Shown: positions 13,680 to 27,028, counted from the first letter of the stretch. The stretch is 64,000 nt of DNA from Amoebidium appalachense (GCA_963693365.1 CAVNZM010000012.1:2728001-2792000), one strand, 5' to 3'. The notes: generated by a model not told the origin, from the sequence alone. Made by a program: numbers and translations.

Positions 13680-15513
13680 CGAGTACACCTTCCCTACAAA
13701 AATAGCCAACATTGTATTCATTCAACATCCCAGCCTTTAATTCCGATCAACCTCTCTCCCTCCCTCCCTCCCCCCCCCCCCCCCTCCGCCCTTCCCCCCC
13801 CCCCCCCTTTCCTCCAACCTACAACCCCACCATTCATACTAGGCACAGTTTCTGATATCATACTGATTTAACCAACACCAACCTCCCACCCACACGTGAT
13901 AGCAAACATAACCCTCATGCAATCTCCATCACTAACCTTCTGTCAGACACGTCTGGGTCGATAGCGTTCGGTTGGTACACCCAGCCGAAACCATGGTCAC
14001 CCTTCTCGAACGCTTTTCCGGCCATGGTAAGGAACCGTTCTTGGTTATTCCCAATGTATTCCGTAACCTCTGTGCCGCATGTGACTTTACCACCACCCGG
14101 CTGGCCCTTCAAATCACCAAGAAGACGGTTGGTGGCCTTATCCGGACGAACAGAGTATGTGAAGTCGAAATTGCAAATTTGTTTCGGGATTTGGGAACGG
14201 CAAATGGCTTCTGTCCATTGTGTGTTGCAGCGTACAAGGTTACCGGTAATCTTGATCGTGTTCTGCGGTATTTGGGTGGTGGTTAGAAATTGCGCGGGGA
14301 TTTTGTTGAGAATGCCATGTATTGTTTAGTTGCGTGCATTTGCATGGTTTGGTTCTGTGAATGTATTACAGTGTAACACAACACCACAGATGTAAATTGA
14401 CACTACTTAGATGCCGCAGAACACGATCAAAATCAGCGGCAACCTCGTGTGCTGCAACACAAAACGTGGAAACTCGGCAGGCTAATCGCAGTGTTGTGTT
14501 TATGTGTGTATTTGAAGCTTTATGTGTAAATGCACACGCCTTTGTGGTGTGTGGTGTGTGCATATGCATGCATATATGTGTTTATGTGGCCGTGTATAAG
14601 CTTCCCGTGTACGTGAGTGTGAACAGGAGCAGTGTCACATGAATACGATGCACCGGGCCACACAGCCAAATGCTGGTACACAGAAGTATGCTTAGGATGA
14701 TGTATGGACATCAATATATTCAGAGAAAGACTCAAAGAGAGTCTATCTTCGTGGGGTCCCAAGAGGAAGGATGGTGGGGAGGGATTATGAGAGTCAATGT
14801 GTGTGTGGAACGATGTTCATGTGATTTGGCAACAGAAACAAAAGTGAAGTATCAAAATATGTAAAAAATCCAACTAAATCCCACCGAACAAACACAAATT
14901 TCGCACACATCCGTGTTTAACGGTACATAAGCCTTGCCCTTGCAAAATTCTGAGAAGTGGAGTATCCCTGGTAGACCAAGTAGAATCACAGGCAGTGCGC
15001 GCAAGTTGCACAACTGCATGTGTAGAACTCTTGCACAGCGAATATTTACGCAAAATAAACCTAATAGCGATACAGTGCAAAAGCCCAACTTTTCATGTTT
15101 AGCGGACGAGAATAGCAAGCAAAATGTATATATGAAGGAGTATGTTGTCTCGTGTATGCTGCTGTAACACACTGTGTAAGCAGAGGTGCTGATGTAGTGC
15201 AAATGGTTACCTTGCCGTCATAGGAGACAACAATGTTTGAGGAAGGGTGCTCGCAGTTATACAAAAACCGCCCCTTTCTTGGAATATCTGCTTGAATACA
15301 GTAACCACCGTTGATGGGGTCACCGTATGAGGATGTGTATCCGAACAGTGGTCTCGCAATGTCTGAGAAATTACCAGCTGCGTTTGTGTTGTTCATTTTT
15401 GCTGTCCATGGCTTATCGATGCTAAAGCAGTACATATTAGCCAGAGGACTATCCAAATCAATAGAGGCCTGGGCTAGGCCGGCTACCGCCAGCACGCCCG
15501 CTAACCACCTCAT
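1068..15513 (-). CDS. Giant secreted adhesin-like protein (~3,230 aa): signal peptide, Cys-containing N-terminal region, cbEGF, ~25 SdrD-B/CnaB-like repeats, 2 EGF, C-terminal H-type-lectin-like repeats
   Basis: Nine exons joined by GT-AG introns with consistent phases: 15513-15211, 14262-13937, 12889-12732, 11624-4474, 4182-3544, 3240-2760, 2464-2124, 1728-1548, 1182-1068 (TAA). N-terminus MRWLAGVLAVAGLAQA looks like a signal peptide. Repeat consensus is GxVxxDxNxDGxPxxDxGxxGVxVxLxDxxGxVxxTTTTxxxGxYxFxxVPxGxYxV. cbEGF motifs DENECVKSTHNCDQNAQCTNTLGSFTCAC and DTNECQAGISPC. One frameshift lies at the G5 run 8143-8147; adding one base restores GDAPLADVRVQL. Confidence 0.88.
12133..12205 (-). 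repeat. Diverged copy of the Penelope-like element 3' terminal sequence
   Basis: The minus strand reads ttattatattgcatacttttgtatgtatgac...ttgtgtacttcagta. This resembles ttattatgcatactctttatgtatggc...ttgtgtacttcgta at 34643-34714, and it is followed by C-rich sequence on the same strand. Confidence 0.5.
14221..14461. repeat. Inverted repeat: arms 14221-14271 and 14411-14461 (antisense copy of the exon-2 acceptor and first ~14 codons)
   Basis: tgtgttgcagcgtacaaggttaccggtaatcttgatcgtgttctgcggtat versus the reverse complement of atgccgcagaacacgatcaaaatcagcggcaacctcgtgtgctgcaacaca gives 8 mismatches in 51 nt. Confidence 0.85.
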
Positions 15514-17687
15514 TATAAATTTATGTTTAGTGCGTCCACAGACACACCCCCTACCACACACGACACGAACGGTCAGAACCAAACAACAAACGTGTGTGAG
15601 TCCTGAGGTCGGTTGCAGCGGCATTTTACGGTGAAAGTTTGCCGAGCCCCAGCCAATTAGAAAGTTATCCGGATTCGGCAAAATAGCAAAAATAATAATA
15701 TTCGTGCGCTGATTGGTTGGCGCAGTTGAGTGAATTTTGACTCATGTCAACACTCTGAAACCATCGCTTTGCGGAGCTACTTTGCTATTGAAACCAAACC
15801 AAAAGGCTGTATAATTTTAAAGCTATTACACTTCAAATGTAGACAAAGAATCTGTGTAATGACGCATGGCACGTGCTAGACCTGAAAACAGTGACGCACC
15901 CTTTGAACCCTGGTTTTGCGCAAGGCTGGTAACAGCATTCCTCCATAAATTGAGCAAATGGGGAAGCGCCTATACCTTATTGAGGAATGTTAAAAATTTT
16001 CAAGCTTTTGGATGAATGAGTATAAACTACCAGTAGCTTATATCATGTACCATCTTTGGCGCAACGCCAGTTTTAGGAATGTACACATAAACGATGTAAA
16101 TTCAAGAGGCACACCGATAGTGACCGACTCTGTTGCCGTTTCCGGGCCCATGGTGCCAAAATAAATAAATAAATAAAATACTATTACTTAAATAATAATA
16201 ACATATCATAAGTATTCTATCTTTAGGTTTTGCATTGTCAATTTCAAGAGGGCGACGAGCTGACGATGTACATCATTCATACGTACATCTCTTTGCCTCG
16301 AGTAAACAGCGTAAACCCGTGATGTTTTCCTGTGCCGCACATGTGCATGTGCTACAGTGGGTCCGACTACAGTTTGGCGCAGGCCACTGTACAGTACACA
16401 TGGTGCTACATACATATGCTACACAAGATAGTTAGAGCCAAATTTGCCTTGTCCATATATTGCAGGCCTGGTGTACATACACATGTGCGGGTCACACATT
16501 AATTCCTTCCTTTCCTTTACCTGGCCATCATTCACCCAGTATGGTGGATAAACTTCCGCGGCACATCGGATCATCTCGAACCACTCACGTACATGCACCC
16601 CGTCGTGTGCCTGTTTTCTGTTTTAGGCTGCTCACCGTGGCAGTGGCATTCATAGGCACCGTCGCATACTCTTTGACCAGTGCACTACTTCTGAATAGCA
16701 AGATGGTGATACGGTACAGCTATGATGTATTCGTGATGGAGGCAAAACTGAGAATAAAGTTGTGAAAAGATAAGTGTACTGAAGACTCTCATTTGAATAT
16801 GGTGCTATGTTGCGTCTATTCTTGTGCCGGGCTTGAGCTCTGTGTGCGCGACCGTCAGGCTGCCACGGACCCAGTGTGGTGTGAATGTGTGGGTGTGCGG
16901 CATCATTTTGTGAATGGCTCCACAGGCCTTTTTTTGGGAGGGGCTGGGTTGAATAGGTGATTGGCTTCATAGAAGTCCTTGCGTAGGTGCCCAGTGTGTG
17001 TCATTTTTACGGTTGCGCTTTTGTTTCTCGTTTTTTAACGTGTGTGCCTGACGTCGATCTGCCGTGTGTATTTGTGTGTGTTTGCATGGGTGCAAGTGCT
17101 ACGCTCGCTTTTCTTGCTGGATTCATGCTTGTACCGCAAGTAAGCACAGGCATGCAACCAAGCACACGCACAGCACACACATACGGCACACTGTGTACAC
17201 CAAAACAAGCATAATGAGTACGACGAACCAACAATGTTTTGCTTTATTGATTACACACGTGTATACTACTGTCACTGCCAAAAGACTACCGACAATAGAA
17301 GATGCGTCAAATATTTATTTGGCATCCATGATGGTTTAACAACAGTTTGACTTTGCCTGCCATTCGTTTGTTTAAATACTAGGGTGGGGATGTCAAACTT
17401 GCACTTACACGGTGTTTCTAGTTGTTAATACCCACTTATAGACGAGCTTTACAGGATAGCAAGTAGATGTTTTTTCCTTCATACACATTCGAAAACAAAA
17501 GGCTGATAACCGATGCAGGAATTCTCTTGTCAAACTCAACTGCCCCTACCCCCTCCCGCCCCCTCCTCCCCCCTCCCGCACCACCACCAAGACTACTAAA
17601 ACATCCTTAGTATCGTATTTTAAAACACCACCTAAGAGCAATCATCGGTATCATTGATGCAATCTAACTCATCCAGGTAGACCCATT

Positions 17688-18242
17688 TCAAGCACCATCT
17701 AAAGCCGTTGCCATCTGCACGGGCACCACCGAGTTGTAGTGTATGGGTTCAATGTACGACAGAGTGCACAGCCTGCTGTTCTTGCTGGCACTGTTGGGCA
17801 CATACTTTAACAGCCAGCTGGACTGCGACTGAGAACTCGTAAACACGCGAATCTCGACACAGAAGCAGTTGCAGGCAGCATTGAGCGTTATCTCATCCCC
17901 CCATTCCCCCGGTTTTTGCATCCGGTCAAGATACGCACGAAAACCTGCCGGTCCGTCAAAGTAAAATGAAAACATTTCACTGTGCGCCTCCATGTAGTTG
18001 ACCAATGCCTGCCTCACACCCTGGTGAAAATCCTGGCTGCCGTATATCTGGTGTGCAAGCGCACGGAACTGACAGTTGCCATCATCCTTCATGAAAACCT
18101 GTGTCAAACCGAGAGGATCAAGACGTTCGTGTAAACGACGGAGATGTGTGCGCACATGTTTTCGCTGTTCTCGTCTGAGTGACCAGCGTCGGCCCCATGG
18201 CCCCAACAGGTTAGCGGGCAGGGACATAACTTGGAGCGTCAT
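17688..18242 (-). CDS. OTU-domain deubiquitinase (cysteine protease); true 5' end may lie in an upstream exon
   Basis: Catalytic motif DDGNCQFRALAHQ, the WGDEITL motif and the C-terminal HYNSV catalytic His motif are present. An AG acceptor ~30 nt upstream of the ATG suggests additional 5' exons that I could not resolve. Confidence 0.88.
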   Translation of the reverse strand: MTLQVMSLPANLLGPWGRRWSLRREQRKHVRTHLRRLHERLDPLGLTQVFMKDDGNCQFRALAHQIYGSQDFHQGVRQALVNYMEAHSEMFSFYFDGPAGFRAYLDRMQKPGEWGDEITLNAACNCFCVEIRVFTSSQSQSSWLLKYVPNSASKNSRLCTLSYIEPIHYNSVVPVQMATALDGA

Positions 18243-19744
18243 GGTGTATGCGCTGCTTCGCGGGTGGTGACCTACTTGTATAAATCAATTGTGAGTGACA
18301 ATGGTGCAATGCTTGAAGAAACTGCTAGCACGCAGGGGGTCGAATTCACGGTGTGTACAGCTGAAACGAGCGTTTAGAAGGTTGAAGTGCTAGCGACAAG
18401 CACCAAAGGCTTTTGTTTGCACCCTTGTGCTTGAGGTCGATGTGTGTACATACAGCGCTGGTGTTGTCAACGAAACACTTTTCACTAACGTTAGGTAACA
18501 CTAGGTGGGTGCTTGGTGAGTGCATCCCTTGAGTACAAGTTGTGTAGTCGCAAAACACTCAAGAACTTCTACTCAACAACCGCTATATCTACCGTGCTCC
18601 GGCGTTACTACTGTGTTGAACTGTTTCAAAAGACAGCTTATAAGAGCAAGCCGGTCTCCGGCTGACGGTGCTGGGTTCACGTTTTGTCAACACCTTTGCT
18701 GACAAATTGCTGTACATAATTTAGCCTTAAATGGTTATTTGTTGTAGCCCTTGTCAGTGCATTCGCCAATCACGTGAGAGTCGAGATCTTCAGAAGAATG
18801 CGACGACGCCGACGAGTCCGCAAAGGCTCAAGCACATTAGAGTAATTGTGCGGCCTATATACTTGTATTTTCTATAGCTCAAGCTTCATTTGTATGTACT
18901 TCTCTTTTGTGACATATCTAAGAGGCAATCTAGAGATAAAGCAAAACCTTTGCACAACTGTTTGTACAGGACACCGTTGTACAACAGTTGCTGAAAATTT
19001 GGAATATCATGTCAACTCGCCGAGCGATGATTGGTGCGTACGATTGTTGATTCCAAAAAAGGGCATCCATAAAAACTAACCAATCCGTGGGTACACCAAA
19101 TCCCCCCAAACCTTCCTAGGATTCTCTCGCCCGCTCCCCTAGATCCATACCTTTATGATACAGTCTTTCTCTCGCAGCTCTCTATGGATCTCTCTCCCCT
19201 TCTCTCCCTCTCTTCCCTCCCCCCCCCCCCCCCCCCCCCCCCCCCCGCCCCCCCCCCTCCCCCCTCCCCTCATCCCCTTAACTTTCCCCACAGCCCATCT
19301 CCTTGTTCCATTATTGAGTCATATATTTTCACACTTAAAAGCTGGTCATAGAGATCTCTTCTCCCTCCCTTCTTCCCTCCCCCCTTCTTCCCCCCCCCCC
19401 CCACCCTTCCCCCCCCCCCCCCCCCCCCCTTCTCCTCCTTTGTCCCCTCCCCGCACAACCCCATATTCCTCCTGCCTCAGATTCATCCTGCAAAGTTTGC
19501 ATTCTTTGTGTTCGTCTCCTTCGCTCGCTCTCCTCTCTCTCTCTCTCAGGCTCCTCGGAGCTTATCCCCCCCCCCCCCCCCCCCCTCCCTCCCCCTCCTC
19601 TCTTCCCCCCTCCCCTCCACCCAACGGCCCCCTCTTCATCTTGCATCGCCTCGATTTCTCTCTCTCTTCTCCTGTCTTCCCACCACTTCATTTGTCCAGC
19701 CGTTCATAACATCACATCCATTCGTTCTTAGCTTGACTTATACC

Positions 19745-20318
19745 ATGAAGAAACCAGGCAGCGACGATGCCACACGACAAGTACGCCCAGCAGCAGGGCA
19801 ATCGGTTGCGCAAACAAGACATGTAGCCCTCACACACACAGGGAGACACCCACCACCAGCACCAGAACATGTGTGCACACAGGCACAGGAAGAGTCGGCG
19901 GTTAAGGTGTTGGAACTGTACAGTGGGGGTGTGGAGGGGAATAGGCGCAACAGGTTTGTGCAGCAGAACTCGAACTCGCTCGGGTTTGTGGTGGGTGGAA
20001 AGCAGCTGAGCATCAAGCAGAATAGGGACCTGCAGGGAAAGCCTGGTGAGTTCCCATGGTGTGTGTAAGTTGGACGGGCAGGCAATGCATAATGGATAGG
20101 GGGCGATGTGTGTGTGGGGAGGTGGGGGGAGGGGGTGAGGGGAGGGGGTGAGGGGAGGTAGGAGGCTGGAAGTTGTAGAAAGGACATAGTGCAGGCCACT
20201 GGAGTGAAGGGGGGAGGGGGGAGGGGGGGGAGAGGGGGGCGCATGGTTGTGGGAAAGAGAAGGGGGAGGGGGAGGGCAAAAAAGAATTGGGAACTGGGTA
20301 TGGGTTTGTGTGTGTGCA

Positions 20319-20361
<43 letters not shown>

Positions 20362-22086
20362 GCGTGCGTGTGTGTGCGTGTGTTTGTGGGGAGGGGGGGG
20401 TGGGGGGGCGTAGTTTTGGGCAACGGAGGGGGGGGAGGGCGGGGGGAAGGAGCGCGGGAGAGACAGAGAGAGAGAGAACAGGGCGAGGGATAGGGAGAGA
20501 GGTGGAAGGCCTTGTGTGCAAGATTAAGTAAGGTTTGCGGAGGAGGGTGGCAAAAGAGAAGAAAATAGGGGGGAAATAAGGGGGAGGGAGGGGGGTGGGG
20601 GGGGGGGGGGGGGGGGGAGAGGGGGGGGGGGGAAGGCATAGGATATATTTTATCCCCATAATTAATAATATACACTGTATCAGAAGGAGTCACGACCGTG
20701 GTATGCAGCGTATGATAGCAATCATTGTGGGAGAAGTGAGAGATGGGGGGAGGTAAGGGGTGAGGGGGGGCAGGGGTGGGGGGCATGTTTTGATGCCCAG
20801 GCGTAATAGGGGGGAGGGGGGGGGGGGGGGGGAAGGGGGAGGGGGAAACATTCAAAAAACCTTTCCCCCCATATGCGCCCCCTCCCTCCCCCCCCTCCCC
20901 TCTTTTCTTACTCTCCTCCCCACCATCCGCGCAATACTTTTCAACACTTCCCACCCACCCTTAGCTAACACTGTACTCTCCTCCCTATCCCACAATTTGG
21001 ATTGGTGGTGGTGGCGGTAGTAACCCCCCCCCCCCCCCCCCTCCCCCCCCCCCCCCCCCCCCCCCCCGCCCTCCCCCCCGTGTGTGGGTGTGTTTGTGTG
21101 TTGTTTTTTTTTTTTTTTTTTTTTTTTTGGGGGGGGGGGGGGCTGCTTTTCATCCTCTCATCATAATGATTCCATATATAGGAATTACAGGTGCCGCCCT
21201 CTGGGACGCGGCGCTGATCCTCTGCAAGTACCTTGAAGGTTCGGGCCGGGCCAGAATCGGGCTTCGACCCGAATCTGTTTGCTTGGAGCTCGGCTCAGGT
21301 TGTGGTCTTGTGGGCATAGCGGTTGCCATGGGGCTAGGGGTGAAGCATGTCGACATCACAGACATCAGAGATATGTTGACACTCCTCGGTAACAATGCCC
21401 CCCCCCCCCCCCCCCCCCCCCCCCACCCCCCCCCCCCCCCCAACCCCCCTCCCCTCCCCCCCTAAGACACCAACCAAGAAAAAACAAATTGTTTAATTAC
21501 CTGCCGTTTGCATATTTACTTGCTGTTTTGTGGGTCGTGGGGGCAGGGAGTGTGTGTGTGTGTGTGTGTGTTGTGTTTTTTCGGGAATGGGGGGAGGGGC
21601 GGGAGGGGGGGGGGGGAGGGGGGGGGAGGAGGGGGGGGTCAACAGAAGCTGATCAATCATGTTCTAAGGAAGGATGCATGTGGCTCCCTCAATTCTTCAT
21701 TGTCTACATCGTATAGCCCCCCCTCCGCTCCTTCTAATCCAGCAAAACCTTGATCTCGACCAATCACCTGTTCCTGCGTAGAACCACAAAAGCATTGCCC
21801 TCATACTCTCTAGATTTTCTAACCCTGCAATCCGATCCATGAACCCCTATCCTCTCCCCTCCTCCCCCCTCCCCCCTCCCCCCCCCCCCCCCCCCCCCCA
21901 CCACCACCACCAAAAGTTTCATATTCATCCCTCCTTCAGCTCCCCCGTTGCCTCATTGTAACGGCATGCCCACATACCAAATAGCATTTACACACCCTGG
22001 CTTCAAGCGCCCATTTTACCCATATTTATTCCAGGCGCCCCCCTCCCCTCCCCCCGCTCCGCCCTTCCTCTGGGAGCGCACACGCG

Positions 22087-22137
<51 letters not shown>

Positions 22138-22476
22138 ACACACTCACACACTGCCCGACTCCCTTGTTACCGATGAAACACGGGATTGGTTAAGAAGGAC
22201 TTGCGAGTGTTAATGAGTTGAAAACCCCTTTCATGCCACGAAACCAACCACCCTTCCCCCTTAACTCCCACCCACCTATCCCCACCCCTTCCCCCCCTCT
22301 TTGCCTACCCCCATGCAGGAGATGGATGCTGCTCAAGCGATTCTGGCTCACAAATATGTTCGCTTTTTATTTTGTAATGAGCTAATAGCGCCAAAAACAA
22401 ACCAATCAATCTCAAGATAAATACTAAAAAAAAAAATATCCTGGCCGGAATGCCGTAATATTTTACCATAGTTGTC

Positions 22477-22515
<39 letters not shown>

Positions 22516-23453
22516 GAACACACACACACAGACACACACACAAACTCTACCGCACACATCATCCTCCTCCCCCCCCCCCCCCCCCCCTCCTCCCCTCCAC
22601 CCTCTTCGTCCCCTGTTCTGACTTTTGATGAAAATCCCTCTGCCCATGCTCACCCCCGGATCCCCCCTATCCCCTTCATCTTACCCTCTACCCTCCACCC
22701 ACCAACTTTTTTAACCCAGCATACCCACCAGAACAAAACGTAAAAGCAAACCAGAGCCACGCCCGTGTATCCGAGCTGTGCTGGGGGGATGGTAGCACAT
22801 ATCCCAGCACACACTATGACGTCATTCTAGCCAGTGATTGTGTCTACCATGAAAATTTTGTGCCGTGGTTTATTGATGCGTTGGTTTGTACCTCGCGTCC
22901 CGACACGACCATTGTGATATGTATGGAGCTGAGGGATAGTGAGGTCACGGAGGGGTTTCTGGAGTTGGTCTTCACTTACTTCCATTTGGAGCAGGTAGTG
23001 CCCAACCCCCCACACACCACACACAGGCGCGCGCGCACACACACACACACACGCGCGCGCGCGCACACACATGCACGTACAAGCGCGCACAACCTGTGCG
23101 GCTCATGTTGGATGGTGTGTGCTTTTTGATTTCTGTATCCATTCCTTTCTCTTGTAGCCTACATTGTAAAACCCAAGGAGGAGGAGCAGGGCAGGGGGGG
23201 AGAGGGGGGGGGTGGGGGGACAGAAGGATTTTGTAAACAGAAATGTAAAAGTGGAGAGAACACAAAAGGAAAGTACTCAATAGAGATTTTGTGATGATGG
23301 GAAATTAGCGATTGTGGTCTTCTGAAAGTAGGAGTTAGAAAGTTTGGAGGGGAAGGATTAGGGCGAAGTGGTGTCAGAAAGGCAAGGGGGGGGGGGGGAG
23401 GGGGGGTTGTGTGTGTGTTGGGGGGGGGGGGGGAGGGGGGGGGGAGAGGGGGA

Positions 23454-23490
<37 letters not shown>

Positions 23491-23493
23491 CAC

Positions 23494-23540
<47 letters not shown>

Positions 23541-23776
23541 CTGTGTGTGTCTCTGTGTGTGTCTGTCTGTGTGTGTCTGTGTGTGTGTGTGAACGTGTAT
23601 ATGCCATGTATGTGCGTGTGTGGCTCGTGTATGTCTGTGTGTGCACCACGTGCCACGTTGTGCAGGCAATTAAATGTACATGGGTGCATGTGCTGGTATG
23701 GCCGTGTGTGTTTCTTTGTCTGCGGGGGGAGGGGGGGGAGCCAAGGTGGGTGGGCGGGCGACGACGGCGGCGGCGG

Positions 23777-23808
<32 letters not shown>

Positions 23809-24273
23809 GGCATATGTGTGTGCGTGTGCATGTGTGTGTGGTGTGTCCGCGTGTGTGTGTTCATGTGTGTGTGTTGTGTGGTGGTGATGAGGGGGGACAG
23901 GCAGGGGTGTTTCTCTCCTCTTTCTCTGTCTGTCTCTCTCCCTCGGTGTATGTGTGTGTGTGTGATTGTGTGTGCGTGTGGTGTGTGTGTCTCGCACGCA
24001 TGCGCACTCGTGTGCATGTGTGTGTGTGTTGGGGGGGGGGGGGGGGGGGGGGGGGGAGGGGGGGGGGTGAAGGGGGTTGGCTTCTGTGTCGGTGCGTGCA
24101 TATGTGTGGGTGGATGGGTGTGTGACGTGTCTCATGCTGGGCTGCAGGTACCCCTTGAGGAGATGGATGAAGAATACCGCTGTGAGGCGGTAGTGATCTT
24201 TCTCCTAAAAAAGAAGGTGGAAGTGGATGATTGGTTGGCTGCTTCACCGGCACACCGGCCCAAGGACTTATAG
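19745..24273 (+). CDS. METTL21-family (Methyltransf_16) protein-lysine methyltransferase, VCPKMT/METTL21D-like, ~298 aa
   Basis: Exons 19745-20045, 21182-21388, 22732-22994 and 24148-24273 are all GT-AG and in phase. Motifs: TGAALWDAALIL, LELGSGCGLVG (SAM motif I), ITD, LCWG, DVILASDCVY (DxxY) and C-terminal VPLEEMDEEYR. Confidence 0.9.
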
Positions 24274-25177
24274 ATTTTTTATGGATGTGTAGTAATGGAC
24301 ACTATAAACAGCCTGCCTGGATTTGTATGGATTAGTGCACTCATGTGCTTTAGTTGGTGTTTGTGCTACCTACTACATATACGTTGAATTTGATGTTAAA
24401 CGTCCGTCGCCATTTAATTGTTCCATGTACTTATTAAGTAGCTCAAATGATCTATGATCCCCACACTCCTCGCTAACTTAGATTTGGAACCCCGATGTAG
24501 CGATAAACACCTGCTTGAAGCACAGCCCTCCAGCTGACGTGCTCACACATAATACTTTAAAGGATAAGATATGGGTATACAAAGCCTGATTGGCTGTGTG
24601 CGGCAGTGCAATCCAATTAGAGTTTATTATTCAATAGTTTAATTATTTTTAGCCCGGTTGTGCAAGCCCATGATTATTGCATATTTGGATCGTCTGTAGT
24701 TTAGTAGTCCTATCGGTTAAAAAAGTTAGTACTCTAAGTAGAGGTTTAGTGTAGTATCAATCGCATGTGTAGTTAGCGGTGTGTACGTAGCCAAAAGGGG
24801 ATTGAAAAGAGATTCTGACACTAATTAAATTGAGTCAATACATGTCTTTTGGTGCATTGTTAAAGTACCCCCCCCCCCCCCCCCTCCCCCTCCCCCCGCG
24901 TCCCCCCCCCTCCCTTCCACCCTTTCCACCCCGCGCCCCCCCCCCCCCACCACCACCACCACCACAGCTGGCATTTTCAAGTTTGAAAAATAACACAAAG
25001 TTGTGGGGGAGGATGAAGTAAATATTGAAATGGGGCCCAGCCGCTGGCCCCCCTCCCCCCCCCCCCCCCCCCCCCCCCCCCCACCACCACCACCACCACA
25101 ACCCACCCACCCACCCACCCACACACCCGTAGAACCATAGGGATGTACGTCCGCTCAAGTGAGTCCCCCAGGAAGAA

Positions 25178-25208
<31 letters not shown>

Positions 25209-25632
25209 CCAACGGCATCTAATATCTTAGTGCGCAGGCCGTACATGTCCCCCCCCCCCCCCCCCCCCCCCCCTCCCCTCCCTCCCCTTGCCGCTTGCTC
25301 CCCGGGCTCCCTCCCGCGCTACGTACCTATCATTCTGTGCTACCTTCCCCTCACCTACCAACTTCTTAGCTTTGTTCTGATCAGTGTTTCCAATTTTGAA
25401 TGGGGCATTTTTACTATGACCTATCATCACTGAGTGTTGTGCTGTTGTGAGGTATGTGTCATCGTGTGTACATGTGTGTGTGTTTAATTTACAGTGAGTG
25501 CGCGGGCCACATGATACATTCGGCCGCTATTAGCGGGCGTGTGTAGTACATGTACTGAGCATCGTATAGTGTGGAAAAAGGCAAGAATATCGGGGTATGC
25601 ACGTGTTCGATTACAGTACGTGGCATGCGCCT

Positions 25633-25688
<56 letters not shown>

Positions 25689-26508
25689 ACATGTGTGTGT
25701 GTACACACATGCGTGTTTTGTGCGTGTGTGCATGCTTGCCGGCGTGACCATTACAACATAAGCTAGAACCTGAGTCAGCCAGGTCAAAATTACCAACTTG
25801 AGTTTGAATTTTAAGAGCCAAAACAAACCGGACCCGTTCATACAATCCACAAACCTCACTTTGAAAACACAACATGTACAGGATCTAAAAAAATCAAAAA
25901 AGGATAAAAATAATTTATGTGAACAAAAAAAAACGTGAAACACCATTGGGGTGGTTTTATGTGCTTCTGAATCAACGTTTTTGAGATTTCGCGCAAGCCT
26001 GACCCAGTTGTGGCAGCCCTTGGGCGGCATAGAAACAGGGTGCCATGCAGTGCACGACATCCCCCACAGATACACATATCCCCCCCCCCCCCCCCCCCCC
26101 CTCCCCTCCCCTCCCCTCTCCCCCCCCCCCCCCCCCCCCCCCTCCATTCCCGAGAGGGATGAGGGAGGGAGAAAGGGGGGGGGGGGGGGTTGGAACTTCG
26201 GTGTGCATGCATGTAGGGACAGTGTGGGGGAAAGGGTCCGAAGGGAGGGGGAGAGGAGAAGGGTGGGTTGAGTATGTGTCTGTGACATGGCATGTCTCGT
26301 CACGGTGGTTACAATGTGTGTTTGTGTCTGTGTACCTTAACCTTGTGCGTGCCTGCGTTCCCGTGTGTGTGTGGTGCGTACACTACAAAACCAAAAACCA
26401 ACCCAAGTTATGCCCCAAAGCAAATTCATCCAAAAACGGTTTAGCCAAAAATTCAAAGCAAACAACAAACCTCAATGAAAAGAAGGGAAAACATGAGGAC
26501 ACTTTGAA

Positions 26509-26540
<32 letters not shown>

Positions 26541-26832
26541 AGAAATAAAATAAAACAAAATAGATTAATTGGGGGGGGGGGGGGGGGGGGGGGAAGGAGG
26601 CAAGCACACTCTCATCCTGTGCAATTTTGGGTTCTATCGTACACGTTTTCCAGATTACACATACTGCCTGCATGACTTGTATTCAGCCCACTAGAATGCA
26701 CATTGGCCTGCAGCCCATACGTCAGCAACATAATTAAAAATTGCATAGCAACAGGGTGTCATGCAGTCACTGTGCACGGTTGCCCGTGTGTGTACCCCCC
26801 TTCCCCCCCGAGTCCCCCCCCCTCCCGCACAC

Positions 26833-27028
26833 TGTAAGATGGTCACTATACGAGACTAATACACACGAGTAAGGGTGTCTTTATCTGATCCGTGCAGTCT
26901 GTGCGCATGCAAGGATCTACCAGAAATGAGCGGTGCGTCGGGTTTTATACCCGCATCCGACTCAAGTATGTGGCATAGCGCTCCCGGTCACACAGTGATC
27001 GGGCCGGAGGTGTACAGTCCGTCCTACA
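26833..27028 (-). repeat. 3' LTR (196 bp) of the gypsy element
   Basis: TGT...ACA termini. On the minus strand it is immediately preceded by the purine tract AAGGATGGGGGAA (plus 27029-27041) and contains TATAAAA (plus ttttata near 26943-26949). No second copy is present in the window to confirm it. Confidence 0.65.

Noticed and set aside
25760-26022. Possible hAT-like MITE ending ...gtggcagccct
   Set aside because: Only weak similarity between the putative ends and no target-site duplication found.
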